A stretch of 58,932 nucleotides of DNA from an uncultured Clostridia bacterium (GCA_944386745.1 CALXCG010000002.1:1-58932), one strand, 5' to 3'. Positions 18,393-28,645 are shown, counted from the first letter of the stretch. Made by a program: numbers and translations. Notes: generated from the letters alone by a model not told the origin.

Positions 18393-19628
18393 ATGAGTTA
18401 TATAAATGAAAATTTTTTAAATATGCAAGATAGCTACTTATTTTCAACAATAGCAAAAAAAGTAGCAAAATACACAGAAGAAAATCCAGACAAAAAAATC
18501 ATAAAATTAGGAATAGGAGATGTTACAAAGCCAATAGTACCAGCATGTATAGAGGCAATGCATAAAGCGGTAGATGAAATTGGAACACAAGAAGGATTTA
18601 AAGGATATGGACCAGAACAAGGATATGAATTTTTAAGAAATGCAATAGTTCAAAATGATTATAAAGCAAGAGGAATAGATATCAAAGCAGATGAAATCTT
18701 TGTATCAGATGGTGCAAAATGTGATTGTGGAAATATAGTAGATATATTTGCTGAGGATAATAAAGTTGCAATTACAGATCCAGTATATCCAGTATATTTA
18801 GACACAAATGTAATGTCAGGAAGAAGTGGAAAATATAACAAAGAAAAAGACATGTATGAAAATATAGTATATTTACCAGTAACAGCTGAAAATAATTTCA
18901 AGCCAGAATTACCAAAAGAAAAGGTAGATATGATATATCTATGTTTCCCAAATAATCCAACTGGAACAGTATTAACAAAAGAAGATTTGAAAGTTTGGGT
19001 AGACTATGCTAAAGAAAATAATAGTATTATTCTATATGATGCAGCATATGAAGCATTTATAACAGAAGAAGATATACCACATAGTATCTATGAAGTAGAA
19101 GGGGCAAAAGATGTTGCAATAGAATTTAAGAGCTTTTCAAAAACAGCAGGCTTTACAGGTGTTAGATGTGCATATGTAGTAATTCCACACACAGTAAAAG
19201 GATACACAAAGGCTGGAGAAGAAATTGAATTAAATAAATTATGGAATAGAAGAACTTGTACAAAATTTAATGGAGTATCATATGTTGTACAAAGAGCTGC
19301 AGAAGCTACATATTCAGAAGAAGGTAAGAAACAAATTAGAGCTAATATTGAAAGCTACTTAGAAAATGCAAAAATAATAAAAAATGGATTAGAGGATGCA
19401 GGATTTACAACATATGGAGGTGTTAATTCACCATATATTTGGTTACAAGTACCTAAAGGCATGACTTCATGGGAGTTCTTTGATAAATTACTAGAAGAAG
19501 TAAATGTTGTTGGAACTCCAGGAAGTGGATTTGGACCACATGGTGAAGGCTATTTTAGATTAACTGCTTTTGGTACTAAAGAAAATTCAATAGAAGCAAT
19601 TGAAAGAATAAAGAATTGGAGGGATTAG
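18393..19628 (+). CDS. dapL: LL-diaminopimelate aminotransferase
   Basis: [30 protein letters not shown] and [16 protein letters not shown] at 18393 follows aaaggag. Confidence 0.85.
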   Translation: MSYINENFLNMQDSYLFSTIAKKVAKYTEENPDKKIIKLGIGDVTKPIVPACIEAMHKAVDEIGTQEGFKGYGPEQGYEFLRNAIVQNDYKARGIDIKADEIFVSDGAKCDCGNIVDIFAEDNKVAITDPVYPVYLDTNVMSGRSGKYNKEKDMYENIVYLPVTAENNFKPELPKEKVDMIYLCFPNNPTGTVLTKEDLKVWVDYAKENNSIILYDAAYEAFITEEDIPHSIYEVEGAKDVAIEFKSFSKTAGFTGVRCAYVVIPHTVKGYTKAGEEIELNKLWNRRTCTKFNGVSYVVQRAAEATYSEEGKKQIRANIESYLENAKIIKNGLEDAGFTTYGGVNSPYIWLQVPKGMTSWEFFDKLLEEVNVVGTPGSGFGPHGEGYFRLTAFGTKENSIEAIERIKNWRD

Positions 19629-19674
19629 GGGGACGGTCCTCTAAATCCCGTTTTTTAGGGATTTAGGGACGGAC
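19620..19674 (+). repeat. GGGATTT-AGGGGACGG hairpin repeat, double unit (copy R3)
   Basis: agggattagggggacggtcctctaaatcccgttttttagggatttagggacggac. It encodes the last two codons (RD) and the TAG stop of dapL. Confidence 0.9.
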
Positions 19675-19841
19675 ATAAAAATCCAAGTTTTCATTGATTA
19701 GATAACGAACTTGAAAATCACTGCTTTTAGATATTTAGGCTTACTCTTAAAACGATAAATTAAAAGATTTCGTAATAAATTACGAAGTCTTTTATAATGG
19801 AAAAAACAAGAAAATATTAAAAACAAATTTTCGCTAAAAGG

Positions 19842-19870
19842 TTGACTTTTTATAATACAAAATATATAAT
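19842..19870 (+). promoter_or_regulatory. Candidate sigma-A promoter
   Basis: TTGACT, 17-nt spacer, TATAAT. Confidence 0.45.
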
Positions 19871-19949
19871 ACTTGAGGACAAGAACAATATTATAAATAA
19901 GTAAATTCAATAAATTAAATAAAAATTAGTGGAAGGAATGATAATAGCA

Positions 19950-20516
19950 ATGAAAGAAAATATAAAACAACAATATTTAGATTTATTAAAAACAGTAAAA
20001 AGAGAAGGAATAGATGATTTAATAAACTTTTTAGAAAAATCAGACTTTTTCAAAGCGCCAGCAAGTACAAGATTTCATGGAAGTTTTGAAAGTGGATTAG
20101 CAGAGCATAGCTTAAAGGTGTATGAAATTTTAAAACATAAGGTAGAACATTGTGTAGAGCCAATAAATATACCAGAAGAATCAATTATAATAATAGGATT
20201 ATTACATGATATATGCAAAACAAATTTTTATAAAGTAGATTACAGAAATGCAAAAAATGCTTTAGGAGTATGGGAAAAAGTGCCATATTATACAATAGAT
20301 GACACAATTCCATATGGACATGGAGAAAAATCAGTTATGATGATTACAGAATATATGAAATTAACACCGGAAGAAAAATATTCAATTAGATGGCATATGG
20401 GATATACAGAACCAAAAGAAATATATAACACAATTGGTGCAGCATATAAAAAATATCCAATAGCATTATTAACACATGAAGCAGATTTAGAAGCAACATA
20501 TTTTTATGATATATAA
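19950..20516 (+). CDS. HD-domain phosphohydrolase
   Basis: LLHDICK and the HGEKS / HEADLEA pattern. The start is uncertain (19929, 19938 or 19950). Confidence 0.65.
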   Translation: MKENIKQQYLDLLKTVKREGIDDLINFLEKSDFFKAPASTRFHGSFESGLAEHSLKVYEILKHKVEHCVEPINIPEESIIIIGLLHDICKTNFYKVDYRNAKNALGVWEKVPYYTIDDTIPYGHGEKSVMMITEYMKLTPEEKYSIRWHMGYTEPKEIYNTIGAAYKKYPIALLTHEADLEATYFYDI

Positions 20517-20555
20517 TGAATAATTTTAGTGTGACAAAAGAAAGGAATGTATAAG

Positions 20556-21209
20556 ATGTTAGCATATATAAAAGGAACTTTAGAAATGAAAATGACAGGA
20601 TATGTAGTAATTGATGTAGGAGGATTAGGTTACAAAGTATTTATGTCAGAAGCAGGAATGGATAGATTAGGAAATATTGGTGATACTGTTAAAGTACATA
20701 CATATTATAGAGTAAGAGAAGATGATATTAGTATTTTTGGTTTTAATACATTAGAAGAATTAAAAATGTTTGAATTATTAATTGGTGTAAGTGGGGTTGG
20801 TGCAAAAACGGCATTAACAATGCTTGCAGTTTGTGAGCCTTCTGATTTTGCACTTGCAGTGATTTCAGAAGATATAAAAACATTAACAACAATTCCAGGC
20901 ATTGGACCAAAATCAGCTAAAAGAATAATTCTTGAATTGAAAGATAAGATTAAACAAGAACAACAAATTGAAGAATTGACAAATGCTACTCAAGGTAAAG
21001 ATGTAAGAAAATTATCTGAAACAGATATTAAAGTAAAACAAGCAATAGAAAATGATAATAGAGTATCAGAAGCAATTGCAGCACTTCAGGTATTAGGATA
21101 TAATAAGAGATTAATAGAAAAAGCATTTGAAAACATAGAAAATAAAAAAGAATTATCAACAGAAGATTTAATCAAAAAAGGATTATTGTTATTGGGAAAA
21201 GAGTTATAG
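20556..21209 (+). CDS. ruvA: Holliday junction branch migration complex subunit RuvA
   Basis: MLAYIKGTL, GVSGVGAKTAL and IPGIGPKSAKRIILELKDK. Confidence 0.9.
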   Translation: MLAYIKGTLEMKMTGYVVIDVGGLGYKVFMSEAGMDRLGNIGDTVKVHTYYRVREDDISIFGFNTLEELKMFELLIGVSGVGAKTALTMLAVCEPSDFALAVISEDIKTLTTIPGIGPKSAKRIILELKDKIKQEQQIEELTNATQGKDVRKLSETDIKVKQAIENDNRVSEAIAALQVLGYNKRLIEKAFENIENKKELSTEDLIKKGLLLLGKEL

Positions 21210-21229
21210 TAAAAAGGAAGTAGATATTT

Positions 21230-22459
21230 ATGAATTCAAATGAGCCATTAGCATTTAGAATTAGACCAAGAACATTAGATGAATATGTAGGACAAGAACA
21301 TGTTTTGGGCAAAGACAAAATATTATATAGAACAATAAAGGCAGATAGATTATCAAGTATCATTCTATTTGGACCTCCTGGATGTGGAAAAACATCACTT
21401 GCAAGAGTAATAAGTGAAACAACAAAATATAAATTCTATAAAATAAATGCAGTAACATCAGGAGTTGCAGATATTAAAAGAGTAATAGAAGAAACTAAGA
21501 ATTTCATGTTAAATCCAACAGGAAAAAGTATTTTATTTATAGATGAAATTCATAGATTTAATAAATTGCAACAAGATGCTTTACTTCCATATGTAGAAAA
21601 TGGAACAATAATTTTAATAGGTGCGACAACGGAAAATCCATATTTTGAAGTAAATAAGGCTTTAATTTCAAGGTCAATGGTAATAAAATTAAATCCATTA
21701 ACAGAAGAGAACATTTTTCAAATACTAAAGAATGCAATCGAAAGAAAAGACGGTTTAGGAGATTATAATATAAAAATAGAAGATGAAACATTAAAAAAAT
21801 TGGCAATAATTAGTGGTGGAGATGTTAGAACAGCATTAAATGGTTTAGAAGTAGCAGTATTGACAACCAATATGGATAGTGATGGATATATACATATAAC
21901 AGATGAAGTAATAAAAAATAGTGTTCAATCAAAAAAAGCAATATTTGATAAAAATGGAGAAGAGCATTATGATAATATAAGTGCATTTATTAAATCAATG
22001 AGAGGCTCAGACCCAGATGCTGCAATATTTTATTTAGCAAGAGCAATAAATGGTGGAGAAGATCCAATGTTTTTAGCAAGAAGAATAGTTATTTGTGCAT
22101 CAGAAGATGTAGGAATGGCAAATCCAAATGCATTAGTTGTAGCAAATGCAGCAATGCAAGCAGTGCATATGATTGGGATGCCAGAAGCAAGAATATTACT
22201 TGCAGAAGCAGCTGTATATGTTGCAACATCAAAAAAATCAAATGCATCATATATGGCAATAAATAAAGCTATTCAAGATGTTCAAACAAAAGATACTGGA
22301 GAAGTACCAATGCATATTAGGAATGCACCAATAGAAAAAATGAAAGAATTAGGATATCATGAAGGATATTTGTATCCACATGATTTTCCAGGTCATTACG
22401 TAGAACAACAATATTTACCAGATAAGATGCTAGGAACAAAATACTATGTTGAAGATTAA
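21230..22459 (+). CDS. rarA: Replication-associated recombination protein A (AAA ATPase)
   Basis: [30 protein letters not shown], and C-terminal [23 protein letters not shown]. Confidence 0.9.
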   Translation: MNSNEPLAFRIRPRTLDEYVGQEHVLGKDKILYRTIKADRLSSIILFGPPGCGKTSLARVISETTKYKFYKINAVTSGVADIKRVIEETKNFMLNPTGKSILFIDEIHRFNKLQQDALLPYVENGTIILIGATTENPYFEVNKALISRSMVIKLNPLTEENIFQILKNAIERKDGLGDYNIKIEDETLKKLAIISGGDVRTALNGLEVAVLTTNMDSDGYIHITDEVIKNSVQSKKAIFDKNGEEHYDNISAFIKSMRGSDPDAAIFYLARAINGGEDPMFLARRIVICASEDVGMANPNALVVANAAMQAVHMIGMPEARILLAEAAVYVATSKKSNASYMAINKAIQDVQTKDTGEVPMHIRNAPIEKMKELGYHEGYLYPHDFPGHYVEQQYLPDKMLGTKYYVED

Positions 22460-22493
22460 TGTCGCATTGGGGACGTTTCTCATGCGACATTAA
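22456..22493 (+). terminator. Hairpin after rarA with GGGGACG in the loop
   Basis: ttaatgtcgcat / atgcgacattaa stem, loop tggggacgtttctc. Confidence 0.5.
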
Positions 22494-22554
22494 TAGTATT
22501 TATTGAATAGAATAAAATAAATTGGATAACCTACTTAGTAAGTGGGTTTTTATT

Positions 22555-22936
22555 ATGGAGAAAAGAAAAATAAAATTTTCTATAAAAGACATTTTAAAGC
22601 AAAGTATAATTGGATTTTTAGCAGGTGTAATTAGTGGATTATTTTCAACAGGTGGTGGAATGATTTTAGTTCCAGCTTTTATTTATCTTTTAAAATTAGA
22701 TAACACGAAAGCAAGAGGAACATCAGTATTTTGTATTTTGCCAATGGTGGTTACAAGTGGAATCTTTTATTACAAAGAAAATTATATAGAATGGAACATA
22801 GCTATTCTTTGTGCAATAGGTGGAGCAATAGGTGGATATATACGGAGCAAAATTGTTAAAAAAATTACCAGAAAGAGTTTTGAAAATTGCTTTTACGATA
22901 TTTTTAGTTTATGCATCATATAAAATGATAATATAA
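22555..22936 (+). pseudogene. TSUP/TauE-family half-size membrane transporter with a 1-nt frameshift near its 3' end
   Basis: GGGMILVPAF motif. After GGYI (22840-22842) the conserved C-terminus GAKLLKKLPERVLKIAFTIFLVYASYKMII is read in the +1 frame and ends at 22936. Confidence 0.6.
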
Positions 22937-22949
22937 AGTAGGTTTTTTT

Positions 22950-23315
22950 ATGATAGAGATTTTGATAGGAGTTGTATCTGGAATCGTAAGTGGAACAGGA
23001 ATGGGAGGAGGAACAATATTAATTTTTCTTCTTACATTTTTTATGGGTGTAGAACAACATATAGCGCAGGCAACAAATTTGATATTTTTTATTCCAACTT
23101 CAATAGTTGCAATAATTGTTAATTTAAAAAATAAAAATATATATTTGAGATCAGCTTTAATTATTTCAATATTTGGAATATTAGGGGCGATTATAGGAGC
23201 AAATATTTCAATAAATATTGACGTGAAAATTTTAAAAAGATTGTTCGGAATTTTTCTAGCAATAATTGCTATTCATGAAATATATACCATTGTAAAATCA
23301 TACAAAAAAGCATAA
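22950..23315 (+). CDS. TSUP/TauE-family half-size membrane transporter
   Basis: GMGGGTILIF motif, 4 TM segments. The C-terminus parallels the frameshifted tail of the upstream paralogue. Confidence 0.7.
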   Translation: MIEILIGVVSGIVSGTGMGGGTILIFLLTFFMGVEQHIAQATNLIFFIPTSIVAIIVNLKNKNIYLRSALIISIFGILGAIIGANISINIDVKILKRLFGIFLAIIAIHEIYTIVKSYKKA

Positions 23316-23404
23316 AAAAGAAAAAATGACAAATACTATAATAAGTAAAGCAAAAATTAAAAATAGAGAATTTGTTATTTAGAAATATGAGGAGGTGTAA
23401 CAAA

Positions 23405-23545
23405 ATGAAATTTGTTAAAGGAGTTATGATAGGCGGATTAATCACAACAGGTTTAATTATGATGTATGCAGAATCTGATATGATGAACAAAAAGAAATTG
23501 ATGAAAAAAGGAAAGCAATTTGCTAAAAAAATGGGAATGATGTAG
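23405..23545 (+). CDS. Small membrane protein (46 aa), not in ORF track
   Basis: RBS gaggagg 9 nt upstream; MKFVKGVMIGGLITTGLIMMY TM then a basic tail; followed by a terminator. Confidence 0.45.
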   Translation: MKFVKGVMIGGLITTGLIMMYAESDMMNKKKLMKKGKQFAKKMGMM

Positions 23546-23552
23546 ACACAAT

Positions 23553-23574
23553 AAAGGGCTTAATCAAGCCCTTT
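23553..23574. terminator. Bidirectional terminator hairpin
   Basis: aaagggctt / aagcccttt between convergent genes. Confidence 0.6.
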
Positions 23575-23582
23575 AAATAGTT

Positions 23583-24113
23583 TTAGTTCTTGCAGCAGTC
23601 ATCTTTTTTGTGATATTCTTCTTTTTCGTAGTAATCATCTTTCTTACAACAATCATCTTTTTTGTCACAGTCATCTTTGTCATGTTCTTTCTTATCGCAA
23701 AAATCCATTTTTCCATCTATGAAACAATCACATTTTTCATGTTTGTCACCTTTTAAACATTTACCTTCATGATGACATTTTGCACATATTTTCATCTTGT
23801 TAGTATCATTTACCCAAATTTGAATAGCGTATGCTTTTCCAGGACATAATGGTCCAAATACAAATTCTCCTTCTTTATCTGTAAATGTGTGTCCTATTGG
23901 TCTTCTTTCTTCTTTTCCATGTTCACAAACTATTTCAACTAATTTTACAACTGCATCACAAACTGGTTCTTTAAAACAATTTTTTACAACACCATATATT
24001 ACATCACGATTATCTTCTGGTAAAGTGATGTCTAAGTCGAATTGTTTTCCTCCTGAAATCACACCATCTATATCTAGAATTGGGCAACAGTGTTTATTTT
24101 CATTCAATTCCAT
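23583..24113 (-). CDS. Cysteine-rich protein with carboxypeptidase-regulatory-like beta-sandwich segment and KKDD/CC tail (possible spore coat component)
   Basis: TDKEGEFVFGPL pattern and a C-terminal CDKKDDCCKKDD...KKDDCCKN repeat. The function is inferred only. Confidence 0.4.
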   Translation of the reverse strand: MELNENKHCCPILDIDGVISGGKQFDLDITLPEDNRDVIYGVVKNCFKEPVCDAVVKLVEIVCEHGKEERRPIGHTFTDKEGEFVFGPLCPGKAYAIQIWVNDTNKMKICAKCHHEGKCLKGDKHEKCDCFIDGKMDFCDKKEHDKDDCDKKDDCCKKDDYYEKEEYHKKDDCCKN

Positions 24114-24328
24114 ATTAAAAACTTCCTTTCTTTTTTAACTATTATTACAATAATAGTGTTTATATATATTATGCAGAAAAATGTAGAATGTTGAAGAATT
24201 AAGTTGAAAAATAAATATTGCAAAATTTGTTGTAAAAATATTAATAATATAGTATAATTAGAATATGATAGACAATATGAGAACTTAAAAATCAATGTAT
24301 AAAAAAAGATTGATAGGAGGAGATGTTT

Positions 24329-24787
24329 ATGGAAGAAAATAAGGACGATATAATAGAAGTAGAGAAAGTAGAGGAGACAAAACAAGAAGAAAAAGCAGAA
24401 CCAAAAACAGAAACACCAAAAGAAGAGCCTAAAGTAGAAGTTATAAATGAAGAACCACAAAATGACAAAAAAGGATTTAGTATAGCAGCTTTAGTGCTTG
24501 GAATTATTGCAATTGTATTTTGTTGTGTATGGTATATTTCAATTCCTTGTGGTATACTTGCAATAATATTTGGAATTGTTGGAATAAAATCATCTAAAAA
24601 AGGAATGTCGATTGCAGGATTAATTACAGGATCAATTGGTTTAATAATTTCTATAATTATGTTTGTTGCTTTAGTATTTTTAGGAATGGTAATCGGGATT
24701 TCAGAAGGATTAGATGGCCTAGATAATGATGGTCATTACTATGACGATTTTGATTTCTATAGTTATAATAGGTCTTTATTTGATTAA
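24329..24787 (+). CDS. DUF4190-like membrane protein with Glu/Lys-rich N-terminus
   Basis: GFSIAALVLGIIAIVF... repeated small-residue TM helices. Confidence 0.55.
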   Translation: MEENKDDIIEVEKVEETKQEEKAEPKTETPKEEPKVEVINEEPQNDKKGFSIAALVLGIIAIVFCCVWYISIPCGILAIIFGIVGIKSSKKGMSIAGLITGSIGLIISIIMFVALVFLGMVIGISEGLDGLDNDGHYYDDFDFYSYNRSLFD

Positions 24788-24803
24788 AATATAACGAAAT
24801 TTG

Positions 24804-24843
24804 TACATCTTAGATAATTAAATATCTAGGATGTATTTTTTTT
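24804..24843 (+). terminator. Intrinsic terminator
   Basis: tacatcttagata / tatctaggatgta stem followed by a T-run. Confidence 0.65.
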
Positions 24844-24929
24844 GACAAATTTATAAGAAAATCGTAACAAAATGAAATATTGATTGTATAATAAATGAAT
24901 GAGCATAAGCAAGGGGAGAAGGTTGAAAA

Positions 24930-25490
24930 ATGAATCCAGAGGAGCAATCAGATAAAGAATTATATAAAAAGTATCTAAATGGTGATAATAAAGCATTTGA
25001 ACAATTAGTAATAAAATATAAAAATCAGATTATATTCTTTATTTCAAGATATACAAAAGACATATCTATTGCAGAAGATATATCGCAAGATGTATTTGTA
25101 TATATTCTTTTAAATAAAAAACAATATGATTTTCAGTATTCATTTAAAACGTACATATTTATGATAGCAAAATGCAGAGCAATAAATTATATAAAAAGAG
25201 AGAAGAAGGTTGTGAGTTTAAAAGAAGTTGAAAATATAACAGAAGATGATAAGGAATTAGAAGCTATAATTTATAAAAATGATAATAATCAGATGTTAAA
25301 TAAAAAGTTAAAAGAATTAAAGCCTGATTATCAAGCAGTAATTTATTTATCAGCTTTTGAGAAAATGAAATATAAAGATATAGCAAAGGTAATGAATAAA
25401 AATTTAGGACAAGTTAAATCATTATTAAACAGAGCTAAAAAGAAGTTAAAAAAATTGTTAGAAGAGGAGGGAATGACTTATGAAGAATAA
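24930..25490 (+). CDS. ECF-type RNA polymerase sigma-70 family factor
   Basis: Region 2 (IAEDISQDVFVYIL) and region 4 HTH (YKDIAKVMNKNLGQVKSLLNRAKKKL). Confidence 0.85.
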   Translation: MNPEEQSDKELYKKYLNGDNKAFEQLVIKYKNQIIFFISRYTKDISIAEDISQDVFVYILLNKKQYDFQYSFKTYIFMIAKCRAINYIKREKKVVSLKEVENITEDDKELEAIIYKNDNNQMLNKKLKELKPDYQAVIYLSAFEKMKYKDIAKVMNKNLGQVKSLLNRAKKKLKKLLEEEGMTYEE

Positions 25491-26655
25491 TAAACAATAT
25501 ATAGAAGAAATCTATAAGAAAGAAAAGAATTTGAGAAACAGCAAAATTAAAAATAAATTTTATCAGACTGAATTTAAAATGAATAAATTTGCTCCAATAA
25601 AAATGGTAGCAACTTTTGTATTAGCGATTGGTATCACAGTGGGGATAGGGTATGCAAGTGTAGTAACCTATCAGAAAGTATGGAAAGAGCCAGAAGAATA
25701 CAAAATTACATATAAGAAAATTGGTGATGCATATATAGTTGAGGGAGAAGAAAAAATTTTAGAAGAAGAGATGGCTGATTGTATTTCTAAAGATGAAGCA
25801 TTAAAAAAGGGAAATGAAGTGTTAAAAAAATTTGGAATTAATGCAGAAACTCAGACAGGTTCAATGTTAATTGATTCATCAAAAAGAGAAAAATCATGGG
25901 TAGTATATGGCGGAAATGCATCAATTGAAATTGATGCTACTAATGGAGAATTTAAAAGTTTGAGTATTCCATCAACAGGAAGAGATGTTTCAGGGCGTTC
26001 GACAAAGGAAGAAGCACTGGAGGTAGGATATGATTTTTTGAATAGGTATCAAGAGGACAGTCAAGATTATGAAATTGTAAAATTAAATAATAATATGGGA
26101 ACAGAAGAGGATTCATATATTTGGTATGCGACTTTTGAAAGGAAGTATGGTGAGTTATATAATCATTATGACTATGTGAATATTGGCTGGATTCCTGGAA
26201 TAAATGAGATTTATTCATATTCAGTAGAAAGCAAGAAGTTTGAAAATAATCCAGTAGAATTATCAAAAGAAGATGCTATAAAAATAGCAGAGGAAAAAGA
26301 TAAGCAAATAGAGCCAGATGCACAGATTAAAAAGATAAAAGCAGATATTAGAATTGAAAAGATGAATAGTGATGCATATGAGCGAGAAAAATTTGGAGAT
26401 GAATATCAAAAACAAAGAGAGTTGCCTGTTGGAGAAAAGACTTATTATATTACAGAAGAAAGAGTTAGAAAAGTATGGATTGTAACTTTAAAATATGATA
26501 AAATTAAAGAGGGAGAGCTTTCTGGTTATAGTTATTTTGTTGATGCAACTACAGGCGAGATTATAGGTGGTGAGCCTTGGGATTATTTCGAATCAGAAAG
26601 TGATATAGACCAATATAACTATATCGAAAATGGAAGTGGATTAGTCATAAAATAG
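25480..26655 (+). CDS. Putative anti-sigma factor: single-pass membrane protein with extracellular PepSY-like repeats
   Basis: Overlaps the sigma gene by 11 nt. TM FAPIKMVATFVLAIGITVGIGYASVV. Repeated DEALKKG / KEEALEVG / SKEDAIKIA and YFVDATTGEIIGG. Confidence 0.55.
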   Translation: MKNNKQYIEEIYKKEKNLRNSKIKNKFYQTEFKMNKFAPIKMVATFVLAIGITVGIGYASVVTYQKVWKEPEEYKITYKKIGDAYIVEGEEKILEEEMADCISKDEALKKGNEVLKKFGINAETQTGSMLIDSSKREKSWVVYGGNASIEIDATNGEFKSLSIPSTGRDVSGRSTKEEALEVGYDFLNRYQEDSQDYEIVKLNNNMGTEEDSYIWYATFERKYGELYNHYDYVNIGWIPGINEIYSYSVESKKFENNPVELSKEDAIKIAEEKDKQIEPDAQIKKIKADIRIEKMNSDAYEREKFGDEYQKQRELPVGEKTYYITEERVRKVWIVTLKYDKIKEGELSGYSYFVDATTGEIIGGEPWDYFESESDIDQYNYIENGSGLVIK

Positions 26656-26704
26656 TAAGCTATTAAAAGGAAAGGTATGATACAAGTTATCATAGAGTAT
26701 TGAA

Positions 26705-27550
26705 ATGAGAAAAAAGGGTGGAAAAGAAAAGTTAAATAGATTAGCTAATACACATGTTTTACAATTGGCTATAATTCTATTTTTATTGATAATTATAGCA
26801 GTAGTAGTTATTGTGGCAAGAAAAGTTATTCTAAATGATGGACGAGCAGCTAATTCTGAGACAAGTGAAATAAGTAATAATGATAATTTCGAACAATCAC
26901 AAAACACAACTAATTCGACTAATGAAACTGGCACAGAAAATGAAACTAATACAACTGATACAGTAACAGTATCTAATAATTTGAGTTTGTTAGATGACTG
27001 GCAAATAAGGCTTGTAAATAGAGAAAATCCATTGCCAGATGATTTTACTGTTGAACTTGAAAATTTAGATGCTTCTAGGAAATTTGATAAAAGGGCAATA
27101 GAGCCATTAAAACAAATGATATTTGATATGAGAGACCAAGGAATAAAAAATATTTGGGCTCAATCTACATATAGAAGTATAGAATATCAAAAAGGCTTGT
27201 ATGAAAAAAGTATAAATAAATATTTAAAACAAGGAAAGAGTCAAGAAGAAGCTCAAAAGTTGACTGATGAATATATAAACAGACCGGGAACAAGTGAACA
27301 TCATTTAGGACTAGCTGTTGATTTTAATAATGTAGATGAAGGTTTTGAAAATACAAAAGCATATAAATGGTTGCTTGAAAATGCAAGTGATTATGGCTTT
27401 ATTTTAAGATATCCAAAGGAAAAGGAGGATATAACAGGTATTGAATATGAGCCATGGCATTGGAGATATGTTGGACTAGAGCATGCTAAGAAAATGAAAG
27501 AACAAAATTTGTGCTTAGAGGAATATGTATTAGGTTCAAGGTTAGTTTAG
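26705..27550 (+). CDS. D-alanyl-D-alanine carboxypeptidase, VanY/M15B family
   Basis: RPGTSEHHLGLAVDF and EPWHWRYVG motifs; N-terminal TM. Confidence 0.85.
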   Translation: MRKKGGKEKLNRLANTHVLQLAIILFLLIIIAVVVIVARKVILNDGRAANSETSEISNNDNFEQSQNTTNSTNETGTENETNTTDTVTVSNNLSLLDDWQIRLVNRENPLPDDFTVELENLDASRKFDKRAIEPLKQMIFDMRDQGIKNIWAQSTYRSIEYQKGLYEKSINKYLKQGKSQEEAQKLTDEYINRPGTSEHHLGLAVDFNNVDEGFENTKAYKWLLENASDYGFILRYPKEKEDITGIEYEPWHWRYVGLEHAKKMKEQNLCLEEYVLGSRLV

Positions 27551-27590
27551 TATATAGATAATTTGAGTAAAGTTAACTTTTGATGATAAA

Positions 27591-27614
27591 AAGGCACTGC
27601 ATATGCAATGCCTT
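27591..27614. terminator. Bidirectional palindromic terminator
   Basis: aaggcactgcat / atgcaatgcctt followed by tttt. Confidence 0.5.
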
Positions 27615-28106
27615 TTAATATGTGATTTTTCCGTTTAATAAATCGTCATTTTGAATCCAATCATTCACATCAATTGTAGTGTAATTATTTTTATCTATTC
27701 TAACATAGATATTTTTGATACCAGAATTAATTATAAGTTTTCGACACATTTGACAAGGAAGAGCACCTTCTTCATAATCTTTAGTATCATGTCTTATACC
27801 AACTAAATATAAATCTGCATCTATCATGTCTTTACGTGCAGCACTAAGCATAGCATTTTGTTCAGCATGGACACTTCTGCAAGCATCATATCCAGAATGT
27901 CTAACATCTGGAAAAATCTTTTTCTTAGTACAAATACCTAAATCAATGCAATTTTTTCTTCCTCTTGGAGCTCCTGTGTATCCAGTAGATATGATTTCAT
28001 CATTTTTTACTATTATTGCTCCAAAGTTTTTTCTAAGGCATGTCCCTCTTTCTGAAATTGTTTCTGCTATATCTAAATAATAGTTTATTTTATCAATTCG
28101 TTCCAT
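27615..28106 (-). CDS. comEB: dCMP deaminase
   Basis: HAEQNA and PCQMCRKLIINSGI zinc-binding motifs. Confidence 0.85.
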   Translation of the reverse strand: MERIDKINYYLDIAETISERGTCLRKNFGAIIVKNDEIISTGYTGAPRGRKNCIDLGICTKKKIFPDVRHSGYDACRSVHAEQNAMLSAARKDMIDADLYLVGIRHDTKDYEEGALPCQMCRKLIINSGIKNIYVRIDKNNYTTIDVNDWIQNDDLLNGKITY

Positions 28107-28279
28107 ATTTATATCTCCTTGAATATTTTTTGTTTATTTGTATTTTAACAAATTTATATAATTTAGTCAAAAATGGAAAATTATGTTGATGTTTTAGCAT
28201 AAAAGTGATATAAATATTCTAGAAATAAAGGTCAAAGGCTAAAAGGAAGTCTATGCCTTGGGAAGGAATGTGAGTAAAA

Positions 28280-28645
28280 ATGGAAAAAGCAAGTTTTAAA
28301 GATTATTTAGGAAAAAAAGTTCATGTTATTGTGGATAGACCAATGGGAACAGAGCATCCTCAGTTCCCAGAATCAATATATCCAATCAACTATGGATATG
28401 TTCCAAATACAGTTAGTGGTGATGGAAAAGAGCTAGATGTGTATATTATAGGTGTATTTGAAGCAGTAAAAGAATTTGATGGTGAATGTATAGCAGCAAT
28501 ACATAGAATGAAGGATGATGACGATAAGTTGGTAGTTGCACCAATTGGAAAGACATATATGAAGGAACAAATTGAGGCTTTGGTAGAGTTTCAAGAAAGA
28601 TTTTTTGAGCATGAGATTATAGAGAACAAATTAAAGTTTATTTGA
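28280..28645 (+). CDS. Inorganic pyrophosphatase-family protein (short)
   Basis: YPINYGYVPNTVSGDGKELDVYIIG ... DDKLVVAP resembles the family I PPase core. Confidence 0.55.
   Translation: MEKASFKDYLGKKVHVIVDRPMGTEHPQFPESIYPINYGYVPNTVSGDGKELDVYIIGVFEAVKEFDGECIAAIHRMKDDDDKLVVAPIGKTYMKEQIEALVEFQERFFEHEIIENKLKFI

Noticed and set aside
20556-22459. ruvA followed by rarA rather than ruvB
   Set aside because: This is a gene-order variation only. ruvB may lie elsewhere in the genome, and there is no sequence evidence of rearrangement at the junction.
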